Origin: Marinicella sp.
Lineage (GTDB): Bacteria; Pseudomonadota; Gammaproteobacteria; Xanthomonadales; Marinicellaceae
Direction of reading: 5' to 3'
NCBI GenBank assembly: GCA_965230295.1
Contig: OZ246001.1
Location: forward strand, 3,616,001-3,680,000
Length of the DNA: 64,000 nucleotides
Numbering within the stretch: position 1 is the first letter of the stretch; the number at the start of each line of letters is the position of its first letter. The notes beneath the pieces were generated by a model that was not told the DNA's origin, did not search any database, and saw nothing but the letters and a program-made list of their open reading frames with translations. The position numbers were made by a program, and so were the translations under genes. This document shows, in pieces, positions 9,457-18,570 of this stretch.

Positions 9457-10764
9457 ATGAGGCAAACATTTTTCGCCATTGTATATTTGGCATTTTATTC
9501 CCTGTCATTGGCATCTGAATCTGCAGAGCAAATGACAGTTAACCTCAAGTTTGAGGAAGCAATCAATACAGCGATCAGTAATGATCCTTGGCTTTTAGGT
9601 AGCATACATCAACAAAAGTCTTTGGATGCACTCAGCGTGTCTGCAGGACAACTGCCTGACCCCAAAGTGTCTGTCGGGCTGGTTAATTTGGCCACTGACA
9701 CATTTGATTTTAGCCAAGAAAGGATGACCCACCTCAAATTGGGTATCACCCAACAGTTTCCAAGAGGCGAAACCAGAAAACTCAGACAGGATCAACTGAA
9801 ACTGCACAGCAGTCAATTTCCTTTTCTGAGGGCGGATCGGATGGGGCAGATCACCATGCTGGTTGGCAATATTTGGTTGGATTTATACGAAACTCAAGAG
9901 AGCATACGCATCATCAAGGGCAGCCGACAGTTATTTGAAAACTTGGTAGAAATTGCCGAAAGCAGTTACAGCGCTGCCATTGCAAAGACCAATCAATTGG
10001 ACATCGTCCAAGCAGAACTGGAGTTGTCATTGCTAGATGACAGACTCGTTGTTTTGGAACAAAACCAACAAATGCATGTGGCTCAATTGTCTCGGTGGTT
10101 GGGACTAAATTTGGTTAAGAACAGCGCTGTTGATAGGCAGCTCCCTGACCTTAACCAGACTAACAACGAAGCCGTCGATTCAGGCCAATTCATGTATCAT
10201 CCAGCAGTCTTATCAGTTGATAAAAAAATTGAATCAGGTGTTGTCGACATTGAATTGGCTGAGCAACAATATAAACCTGCTTGGTCATGGAACATAGGCT
10301 ATGGATACCGAGACAGTGATCCTACTGGGTTTGACCGGTCTGATTTGCTTTCTGTGAATGTGAATTTTGACTTACCTCTGTTCACCAGTCATCGACAGGA
10401 TAAAGGGTTGGAGGCGGCTGTAGAGTCACACAATGCCTTATTGACAGAGAAAGAGGACATCCTCCGAAAGTTGATGGCTATTGACGAGGAAAATTCACAG
10501 GCACTTTGGGGATTGTCCAAAAGAGCCAAACTGTACCTCGAAGATCTGTTACCTCAGATCAATGATAGTGTAGAAATTGCACTGCGGGCTTACTCCAGTG
10601 ATGAAGGCACTTTCGATGATGTGATCAGGGCCCAAATTTCAAAATTAGATGCTTCTTTGCAATTGTTAAAAATCCAGGTTGAGACTCAAAAGCGGGCCTT
10701 GTCCATCAACTACGCTCGCATGAGTGAGGCAAACCATATGTTCTCAAGAGGAGGTGGCTCATGA
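9457..10764 (+). CDS. Outer membrane efflux protein (TolC/CusC-like)
   Basis: Signal peptide, LPDPKVSVG, coiled-coil OEP character; operon with cusB/cusA. Confidence 0.88.
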   Translation: MRQTFFAIVYLAFYSLSLASESAEQMTVNLKFEEAINTAISNDPWLLGSIHQQKSLDALSVSAGQLPDPKVSVGLVNLATDTFDFSQERMTHLKLGITQQFPRGETRKLRQDQLKLHSSQFPFLRADRMGQITMLVGNIWLDLYETQESIRIIKGSRQLFENLVEIAESSYSAAIAKTNQLDIVQAELELSLLDDRLVVLEQNQQMHVAQLSRWLGLNLVKNSAVDRQLPDLNQTNNEAVDSGQFMYHPAVLSVDKKIESGVVDIELAEQQYKPAWSWNIGYGYRDSDPTGFDRSDLLSVNVNFDLPLFTSHRQDKGLEAAVESHNALLTEKEDILRKLMAIDEENSQALWGLSKRAKLYLEDLLPQINDSVEIALRAYSSDEGTFDDVIRAQISKLDASLQLLKIQVETQKRALSINYARMSEANHMFSRGGGS

Positions 10765-12212
10765 AAAACATCATTAAATTCATGCTACCAGGTGTCCTAT
10801 TGGGTGTTTTGATCACCATGTCGATTTCAAAACTAACCAACCAATCTGAAGAAACATCAACAGAAGCGAAGCCACTTTATTGGGTCGCTCCGATGGATCC
10901 AGATTTTCGGCAAGACCAACCAGGCTTATCGCCCATGGGTATGGAATTGGTGCCAGTGTATGCCTCGGACTCGAGTGCAAAAGACAGTTCAGCGGGTGAA
11001 GTGTCCATCTCTTCAGTGGTTGCCAACAATTTGGGACTCAAGACTGCCATGGCCCGGGTAGGGCACCTCAAAGGTAAGATCAACACGGTAGGTATCATCC
11101 AATACGATGAAAACAAACTCCTGCATATTCATCCACGAGTCGAAGGCTGGATTGAGAAGCTTCATGTGAAATCAATGGGTGACCAAGTGGCCAAAGGGCA
11201 ATTATTGTATGAGATTTATTCGCCTGAATTGGTCAATGCACAAGAAGAATTTATATTGGCTTTAAAACGCAACAACACCGCATTGATCAAAGCATCTGAA
11301 GCACGTCTGAAATCCCTGCAAATTCCAATGGATGTGATTAATTTGATCAGAAAGCAAAGGGCGTCTGAGCAGACCATTCCATATTACTCACCACAGAAAG
11401 GAGTGATTGAACACATAGAAATCAGAGAGGGGTTCTTTGTTAAGCCCGGCACCACATTGATGTCAATTGCTGACTTAAGCAGCGTATGGGTAGAAGCCCA
11501 AGTTCTTAACTTCAATAAGCCAGATTTAATCACGGGCGCCATTGCGACCATGCGCCAGAAGGCATTTCCGAATCAAATTTGGCAAGGTGTGGTTGAGTAC
11601 ATCTATCCGTCATTGGATAGACAAACGCAAACGCTCAGGGCCCGTCTGACATTCCAAAATGATTCTGGCTTACTTAGACCCAACATGTTCGTAGATGTGG
11701 CTATTGATCAGCCTCAACTTGAAGCCTTGATCATCCCCAAAAATGCCCTGATTAGACTGGAGAACAGCCAGCGTGTGGTGATAAAAACAGACAATAATAG
11801 GTATAAATCGGTCAATGTATCCACAGGTGGTTATGATTCTGAGTTTATACAGATTACATCCGGCCTGTTACCGGGTGATGTTGTGGTGACTTCGGCCCAA
11901 TTTTTACTGGATTCAGAATCCAGCAAATCATCAGACTTTGATCGCATGAATCTGGGTGATATGGAAAATGTGGCTTTGACTTTTGGCACCATCAATGAAT
12001 TGGATGAACAAAACAGAACTTTGAACATCAGCCGGGATGGCATTGAAAAATGGAATCGACCACCTGCTACGTTGGATTTTTTTGTACCTGAACAAATTGA
12101 ATTTAACAAATTCCTGAAAGGGCAAAAACTGCAATTTTATTTTGAAATAAAAGATGGCGTTTTCTCTATCCTTCATGCTGATTTGGTGACAACAAGGAGT
12201 ATAGATTCATGA
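10761..12212 (+). CDS. cusB: Heavy-metal RND periplasmic adaptor with C-terminal CusF-like OB domain
   Basis: YWVAPMDP..PGLSPMGMELVP metal-binding domain; IYSPELVNAQEE; VTSAQFLLDSES. Confidence 0.88.
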   Translation: MKNIIKFMLPGVLLGVLITMSISKLTNQSEETSTEAKPLYWVAPMDPDFRQDQPGLSPMGMELVPVYASDSSAKDSSAGEVSISSVVANNLGLKTAMARVGHLKGKINTVGIIQYDENKLLHIHPRVEGWIEKLHVKSMGDQVAKGQLLYEIYSPELVNAQEEFILALKRNNTALIKASEARLKSLQIPMDVINLIRKQRASEQTIPYYSPQKGVIEHIEIREGFFVKPGTTLMSIADLSSVWVEAQVLNFNKPDLITGAIATMRQKAFPNQIWQGVVEYIYPSLDRQTQTLRARLTFQNDSGLLRPNMFVDVAIDQPQLEALIIPKNALIRLENSQRVVIKTDNNRYKSVNVSTGGYDSEFIQITSGLLPGDVVVTSAQFLLDSESSKSSDFDRMNLGDMENVALTFGTINELDEQNRTLNISRDGIEKWNRPPATLDFFVPEQIEFNKFLKGQKLQFYFEIKDGVFSILHADLVTTRSIDS

Positions 12213-15200
12213 TTGAAGCCGTGATCAAGTGGTCCATCAAACATCGTTTTCTGGTGTTGCTGGCCACTTTATTCATCATTGTTGGTGGGTTGTTTTCAGT
12301 CAAGCAAACACCCGTAGATGCAATCCCTGACTTGTCTGATGTTCAAGTGATTGTCAAAACCAGTTTTCCTGGCCAGTCACCTCAAGTGGTGGAAGATCAG
12401 GTCACATACCCATTAACCACGGCCATGCTAGCGGTACCTGGAGCGAAAACTGTCAGGGGCTTTTCATTTTTTGGTGACTCTTACGTCTACATCATTTTTG
12501 ATGAAGACACCGATTTATATTGGGCCAGATCCAGGGTTTTGGAGTATTTGAACCAGGCGGCATCACAGTTACCTCCGGAGGTTAAGCCACAACTGGGACC
12601 CGATGCCACCGGCGTGGGATGGGTCTATATTTATGCTTTGTCTGACCCAACCAACCAGTTAGACATCAGTGAACTCAGAAGTGCTCAGGATTGGTTTTTA
12701 AAATACGAATTACAAACCGTTGAAGGGGTCTCTGAAGTGGCGTCACTGGGCGGTATGGTCAAGCAGTACCAGATAGAGGTCAACCCCAATGCCCTCAGGG
12801 CTTTAAACATACCTTTGAACCATGTGGTTCAAGCCATCAAACAAGGCAGTCAAGAGGTGGGCGCTTCGGTGGTTGAAATGGCAGAGGCCGAATACATGAT
12901 CAATGCCACCGGGTACATCCAAAGTGTTGATGACCTGGAACATGTCCCCATTGGATTGAATCAAAATGGCGCGCCTTTGCTTTTACAAGACATCGCAGAC
13001 ATCAACATTGGACCTCAGATGAGAAGGGGTCTAGCTGATTTGAATGGGGACGGTGAAGTGGTTGGTGGCATTGTGGTCATGCGTTATGGAGAAAATGCCC
13101 AAGAAGTCATTGAGCGGGTAAAAACAAAACTGCAAGTTCTTGAAAAAAGCCTGCCAGAAGGTGTAACTGTTACCACAGTATATGACCGCAGTGATCTCAT
13201 CGTACGTGCTGTGAATAACCTGTGGGAGAAGCTCATTGAAGAGTTTCTGGTGGTCATTGGTGTTTGTCTGGTCTTTTTGTTTCATGTTCGTTCATCACTG
13301 GTTGCCATCATCAGTTTACCAGTGGGTATCCTTGCTGCCTTTATTGTCATGAACTTACAAGGACTCAATGCCAACATCATGTCTTTGGGTGGTATTGCCA
13401 TCGCCATCGGTGCCATGATTGACGGGGCCATTGTGATGATCGAAAACATGCACAAGCACATGGAAAAAACTGAACTCACTGATAAGAACCGGTGGCAAGT
13501 GGTGGCCAAATCTGCAGCTGAAGTCGGGCCTGCCTTATTTTTCAGCTTATTGATCATTACCGTCAGTTTCTTTCCAGTCTTTTCGCTGGAAGCTCAAGAA
13601 GGCCGCATGTTTTCACCGTTGGCATTCACCAAGACTTATGCCATGGCCGCTGCCGCCGCATTGGCCATTACATTGGTTCCGGTATTGATGGGGTATTTTG
13701 TGAGGGGGGAAGTAAGGGCTGAGCATAAGAACCCCATTAATCGTTTCCTGCTCAATTTGTATTTACCCGCATTGAAGGCTGCACTGCGCTTTCCCAAATC
13801 TACTTTGGTGCTTGCAGTTCTGATTCTTTTGATCAGTGCATGGCCAGTCCAAAAAATTGGCACCGAGTTCATGCCTCAATTGGATGAGGGCGATTTGATG
13901 TACATGCCTACCACTTATCCAGGCATTTCCATCGGAGAGGCTCGTGAGGTGTTGCAACAAACAGATAAATTGATTGCTACGGTTCCAGAAGTTAACACTG
14001 TTTTTGGCAAAATTGGCCGAGCTGAAACAGCCACTGATCCAGCACCGTTAACCATGATTGAAACCTTCATACAACTCAAGCCAAAGTCAGAGTGGCGTGA
14101 TGGCATGACAACCGATGTTCTTATCCAAGAATTGGACTCTCTGGTCAACATACCGGGTTTAACCAATGCCTGGGTCATGCCAATTAAGACCAGGATTGAT
14201 ATGTTGGCCACTGGCATCAAAACCCCGGTTGGCATCAAGGTAGCTGGACCCGATCTGGACACCATTCAAGCGATTGGGCAAGACATTGAATCAATCCTTA
14301 CTCAGGTTGAAGGAACTGCATCTGTGTATGCAGAAAGGGTCTCAGGAGGACGCTACCTGAAAATCGATATTGATCGATTGGCAGCAGCCAAATACGGATT
14401 GAATATCCAGGATGCTCAACAGTACATCAGCCTCGCTGTGGGTGGAAAAAACATTGCACAAAGTGTAGAAAAATTAGAAAGGTATCCAATCAACTTGCGA
14501 TTCCCGCAACACCTCAGGAATTCACCTGAGTCCATCTTAAGTTTGCCATTGATCACACCCACTGGGCAACACATTGCGCTGGGAGAAGTGGCTGATGTTT
14601 ATCTTGAAGACGGGCCACCTGGTATCAAAAGTGAAAATGCACGCATCAATGGTTGGGTTTATGTTGATATAGAAGACATCGATGTGGGCAGGTATGTTGA
14701 ACTGGCCAAAGCTTCGTTAGAAGACCATTTAACACTGCCGCCAGGTTATTCAATCACATGGTCTGGTCAATATGAATACATGTTGAGGGCAAAAGAAAAA
14801 TTGAGTTACTTGATTCCAATCACTTTAATGATCATTACCTTTTTGCTGTTCTTAAGCTTCAGAAGTTTTTTAGAAGTGGCCATTATTTTGGGCACCTTGC
14901 CTTTTGCTTTGGTGGGGAGCATTTGGTTGATGTATGGATTAGGTTTCAACTTTTCAGTGTCTGTGGGGGTTGGATTCATTGCATTGTCAGGCGTGGCAGT
15001 GGAAATAGGCGTCATTATGCTTAATTTTCTCAATAAAGGCTTTGATACACTTGAAGAGGCGCTAAATAAATCCAATAAGCGATTGACCAACGCGCATTTA
15101 AAGCAAGCTGTGATAGCAGGTTCCGGGATGCGGGTCAGGCCGGTGATGATGACTTCATTGTCAATCATTGTTGGACTTTTACCGATTCTATTCAGCGATG

Positions 15201-15328
15201 GTACCGGGTCTGAAGTGATGAGTCGAATCGCAGCACCCATGGTAGGCGGTATGATCAGTGCTTTGATTTTGACATTGATCGTTCTTCCAGTCATTTATTA
15301 CCTGACAAAAAGAATATGGATTAAATAA
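12209..15328 (+). CDS. cusA: Cu/Ag heavy-metal efflux RND permease
   Basis: DAIPDLSDVQVI, GPDATGVGW, LMYMP, TDPAPLTMIET, IKTRIDMLATG (the three CusA Met sites), RVRPVMMT. Confidence 0.95.
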   Translation: MIEAVIKWSIKHRFLVLLATLFIIVGGLFSVKQTPVDAIPDLSDVQVIVKTSFPGQSPQVVEDQVTYPLTTAMLAVPGAKTVRGFSFFGDSYVYIIFDEDTDLYWARSRVLEYLNQAASQLPPEVKPQLGPDATGVGWVYIYALSDPTNQLDISELRSAQDWFLKYELQTVEGVSEVASLGGMVKQYQIEVNPNALRALNIPLNHVVQAIKQGSQEVGASVVEMAEAEYMINATGYIQSVDDLEHVPIGLNQNGAPLLLQDIADINIGPQMRRGLADLNGDGEVVGGIVVMRYGENAQEVIERVKTKLQVLEKSLPEGVTVTTVYDRSDLIVRAVNNLWEKLIEEFLVVIGVCLVFLFHVRSSLVAIISLPVGILAAFIVMNLQGLNANIMSLGGIAIAIGAMIDGAIVMIENMHKHMEKTELTDKNRWQVVAKSAAEVGPALFFSLLIITVSFFPVFSLEAQEGRMFSPLAFTKTYAMAAAAALAITLVPVLMGYFVRGEVRAEHKNPINRFLLNLYLPALKAALRFPKSTLVLAVLILLISAWPVQKIGTEFMPQLDEGDLMYMPTTYPGISIGEAREVLQQTDKLIATVPEVNTVFGKIGRAETATDPAPLTMIETFIQLKPKSEWRDGMTTDVLIQELDSLVNIPGLTNAWVMPIKTRIDMLATGIKTPVGIKVAGPDLDTIQAIGQDIESILTQVEGTASVYAERVSGGRYLKIDIDRLAAAKYGLNIQDAQQYISLAVGGKNIAQSVEKLERYPINLRFPQHLRNSPESILSLPLITPTGQHIALGEVADVYLEDGPPGIKSENARINGWVYVDIEDIDVGRYVELAKASLEDHLTLPPGYSITWSGQYEYMLRAKEKLSYLIPITLMIITFLLFLSFRSFLEVAIILGTLPFALVGSIWLMYGLGFNFSVSVGVGFIALSGVAVEIGVIMLNFLNKGFDTLEEALNKSNKRLTNAHLKQAVIAGSGMRVRPVMMTSLSIIVGLLPILFSDGTGSEVMSRIAAPMVGGMISALILTLIVLPVIYYLTKRIWIK

Positions 15329-15419
15329 ATTAATTGGCACAACTGATTTTCACGCGGATCATACAATTGGTAGGTTTAAATTAAGTGCATGAATGATTTG
15401 GTTTGACCGGAGTATAGGT

Positions 15420-15668
15420 ATGATTAAAGCAGAAACTCAAAATGACATGAACGAAAAAACAGGAATTAATCTCCAAAAAGCCCTGAAATCTACCATATTG
15501 ATTGTATTTCTTACGGTTGTTTTCGGGGCTTTAAGTTATGGTTTCATCCTGTTAAATGCTTCTGTACTGCAACTGTCTTTACCTGGGAGCTTGTGGTGCG
15601 GTCTGGCCATGGCGTTGGCAGTTGGTTATTATTTGCTACAAAGAAAACCTAAAGACCCCGCAGAATAA
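15420..15668 (+). CDS. Small membrane protein, unknown function
   Basis: Two hydrophobic segments; GGAG upstream of ATG 15420; start uncertain. Confidence 0.55.
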   Translation: MIKAETQNDMNEKTGINLQKALKSTILIVFLTVVFGALSYGFILLNASVLQLSLPGSLWCGLAMALAVGYYLLQRKPKDPAE

Positions 15669-15693
15669 TTTGGTGTTTATTTGGGTTTCAGAA

Positions 15694-16326
15694 AGGAATG
15701 TTCTTGGGGCTTCATTCTGGTTCATGGTCTGACAGGTCTTCATATTTGCTGCGCAAATAAACCGACCTTTACAGACTATTGTCTGAGCAGTTGCTTCGCA
15801 CTGCATGTCTGTTCCTAACAAAAGTGAATGCGACTGCTTACATGGATGTAAGTATGCAGCGATAGCAGGCAGGAATTGTTCCCAACAATTCTCTGCATTC
15901 ACCCCGTCCTGGGGATCGATGCGGTAGCTGCCAAGGCGAACATGACATGCTACCTCGCACGCACTGCGGCATTCAAATCGGGCTTCTTTATCTTCGATAA
16001 AACCGCCCAACTTTCATTGCCTGTGCTATAACGCCATTCACATAAGGCTTCTTGACTTCGTCAAATCGCCACATGTTCATTGGCTATTCTCTTCGCCTCT
16101 GATTGGCTTACATGGAAGTAAGTCCTCTGAGGAGGCAGGATGCCGGTATCAGAGGTGACTACATGGATGTAGGTCTGCCGCGATAGCTAGGAGTGATAGC
16201 GGCCGCTATAACAAAAGCTCACGGCTAATCAATCATTACATCAAGGCTTCTTTGCTTTGCAAAATCGCCATGATTGCATGATTTGCCTAACCGGCTCGGC
16301 GGGTCAAGCTGCTTAGCAGCTTTCCT
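15694..16326. mobile_element. Modular hairpin-rich non-coding element, long copy (MITE-like)
   Basis: Shares its 5' end, a 154-bp core and a 42-bp 3' end with 40744-40964; AGGAA...TTCCT termini; many internal hairpins. Confidence 0.75.
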
Positions 16327-18370
16327 TGGTCGATTGCATATTGTCAATGAATGATACCAGTTCGTCTTTAGGGAGGGGTTTTGCGATAAAAAATCCTTGC
16401 ACAAAGTGAACACCTAACTCCATGGCTTCATCAAATTGTGCTTTGGTTTCTATGCCTTCAAGAACTGTGGTGTGATTCAGGTTGTTGCTGAGATCTATGC
16501 AAGATTTCAGTAGTTTTGAACCTTCTTTAATTTGTAATTGATTGCTGAAGTCAATGTCGTATTTAACGCCGTTGATGTTGAGTTTTGCCAACATTGACAA
16601 TGCTGAAAAGCCTGAGCCAAAATCATCCAGAAAAACTTTAAGTCCACAGTCATTCAAGATTTTCAAATGCTGATTGATGGTTTGTTCTTCAAAGACCGCT
16701 TGATTTTCCAGTATTTCAATACAGAATGTGTGCTTGGCTTTGTCATGCATGTCCACTAAAAAATCAACGAAATCTCGTTCCAACAAGGACCTGGGGGAGA
16801 TGTTGATTGAAATTTCTAGCGCTGAAAACCTATTTGGCCAGTCATGTGATTGCTTAACAGCCCGTTTAACCACCCAACGATCAATGTCAGTGGACAGACC
16901 AACTTCAGATAACATATTGATGAATGTTGGTAATTGGATGTTGCCGTGCTTATCCTCCAGTCGCAGTAAGGCTTCCACTTTGGCTACCTGATTGGTTTTT
17001 AAGTCAATGATGGGCTGATAATAAAGCATCAATTTACCGTGTGATAAAGCCAACAAAAATGAATTGATTTCGTTTTCAAATTCTAAGTTTTTCATCAAAG
17101 AGCGCTGGTTGCGGTATTGCAGTGCTTGGATTTTCCTGGATTCTAAATTAAATTTATGAACAAAATCCTTAACCAGGCCTTCATCCAGATGTGAGGCTTC
17201 CAACATCTTCAAGAACTTAAGGTAAATCAAGACACCCAGCACCAAGTTTAATAATTGTAAAATGACAGCAAACCAATCTCCGCCAGTGGCCAAAAAGACA
17301 TTAATAAAAGGTGGTGTCGTCCAAGGCACAGCCACCACCACTGGAGAAACCAGACCCATGCTCATGAATAAATAGGTGTTCAAATACAGAAGGATAGGAA
17401 CAAATACAAACGGTACAAATAAAAATGGATTGAAGACTATCGGCAGGCCATAGTGAATGATTTCTGAGATGTTGAAAGTACATGGCAGCACCGATAATTT
17501 GGCAACCCGTTGATTCCTGCTTGATTTTGAAAATAACAGGATGGCTATCAACAAACACATGGCTGAACCAGCGCCACCAATGTCTGTGAAGTAATAATTG
17601 CCTGGTACATTGATGTGAGGAATGCTGTTACCTGCCACATGGGCTGCTTGATTGGCAGCAAAAGCATGAAAATACGGATCCTGCATGAAAGCAAAAACGT
17701 GTGACGGATTGACCCCAAAGAACCAAGTTAGTTTATAAATGAACTTGATGATAACTAAACCAATCAGGTTACCGGTGTCTTCAATTTCAAAATTAGCGAG
17801 GAAACCAGATTCAGACAATGTCCACCACATGGCCTCAAAAAACATCAACAGAAAAAAGACCAATACAAATGTAATCGCTGTAGGAATGATGTAGTTAAAT
17901 GTCTTGTTTAAATGAAGCGACATGAAATCTGCATTAAAAATATGCATGCTGTGTTTGGTCGTGAAATACCTGAGTGCAGTTGCCGTTAAATAACACAATG
18001 GAATGGGTATGACCTTAAAATAGGTTGATGATTTCAATTGTTGTAGAGTTTCTACTTCACCAACAACAGAAAGTGTTAACAAACTCACACAAATGATGAC
18101 CAAAGATGTCGGATCCACTTCTTTACTTTTGGCAAATGAAACTGAAAGACTGACAGTAAAAATCAGTGGGAAGAACAGATAAAAAAATTGGTAAATATTC
18201 AGAATGATATCAAGAGAAGGTGAATCTGTTATTAAAGACAAGCCTTCATAAAGCATCAGCAACAGTGTCACTGTAAGAATCATGGGGACCAAAGAAATTG
18301 AAGCATCCTGCAATGCAATGATGCTTCTGCTTTTATTTAAACGATTTAAAACAGAACTGAATTGTCCCAC
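16313..18370 (-). CDS. PTS EIIC (cellobiose/lactose-type) membrane domain fused to an EAL c-di-GMP phosphodiesterase
   Basis: TWFFGVN, IGGAGS, FNISEIIHYGLPIVFNP and VPWTTPPFI (EIIC); YQPII, VEALLR, DDFGSG, EGIET and QGF (EAL). Confidence 0.9.
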   Translation of the reverse strand: MGQFSSVLNRLNKSRSIIALQDASISLVPMILTVTLLLMLYEGLSLITDSPSLDIILNIYQFFYLFFPLIFTVSLSVSFAKSKEVDPTSLVIICVSLLTLSVVGEVETLQQLKSSTYFKVIPIPLCYLTATALRYFTTKHSMHIFNADFMSLHLNKTFNYIIPTAITFVLVFFLLMFFEAMWWTLSESGFLANFEIEDTGNLIGLVIIKFIYKLTWFFGVNPSHVFAFMQDPYFHAFAANQAAHVAGNSIPHINVPGNYYFTDIGGAGSAMCLLIAILLFSKSSRNQRVAKLSVLPCTFNISEIIHYGLPIVFNPFLFVPFVFVPILLYLNTYLFMSMGLVSPVVVAVPWTTPPFINVFLATGGDWFAVILQLLNLVLGVLIYLKFLKMLEASHLDEGLVKDFVHKFNLESRKIQALQYRNQRSLMKNLEFENEINSFLLALSHGKLMLYYQPIIDLKTNQVAKVEALLRLEDKHGNIQLPTFINMLSEVGLSTDIDRWVVKRAVKQSHDWPNRFSALEISINISPRSLLERDFVDFLVDMHDKAKHTFCIEILENQAVFEEQTINQHLKILNDCGLKVFLDDFGSGFSALSMLAKLNINGVKYDIDFSNQLQIKEGSKLLKSCIDLSNNLNHTTVLEGIETKAQFDEAMELGVHFVQGFFIAKPLPKDELVSFIDNMQSTKESC

Positions 18371-18570
18371 AATTCTCTAATACCACACACTTTTTAACTC
18401 GGACGGATAGTCTAGCACAAATACAATAGGACAATATTGCACATATTGAACAAGTGTATCTTTTCCAAGATATACCATGATGTTGACACATCAACATGAC
18501 TTTGTGGCAATTGACAATGGGCTATTTTTCGATGTTAAATGTGATTACTTGAACTGATCTGTGAAATAAA

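Noticed and set aside
13031-15294. Multiple antisense ORFs within cusA and other long genes
   Set aside because: Shadow ORFs of well-supported genes, with no independent motifs.
15636-16010. 124-aa minus-strand ORF, and ORFs 16225-16413, 40643-40855 and 40771-41112
   Set aside because: They lie across the hairpin element, their starts and stops are not conserved between the two copies, and they have no protein-like motifs.
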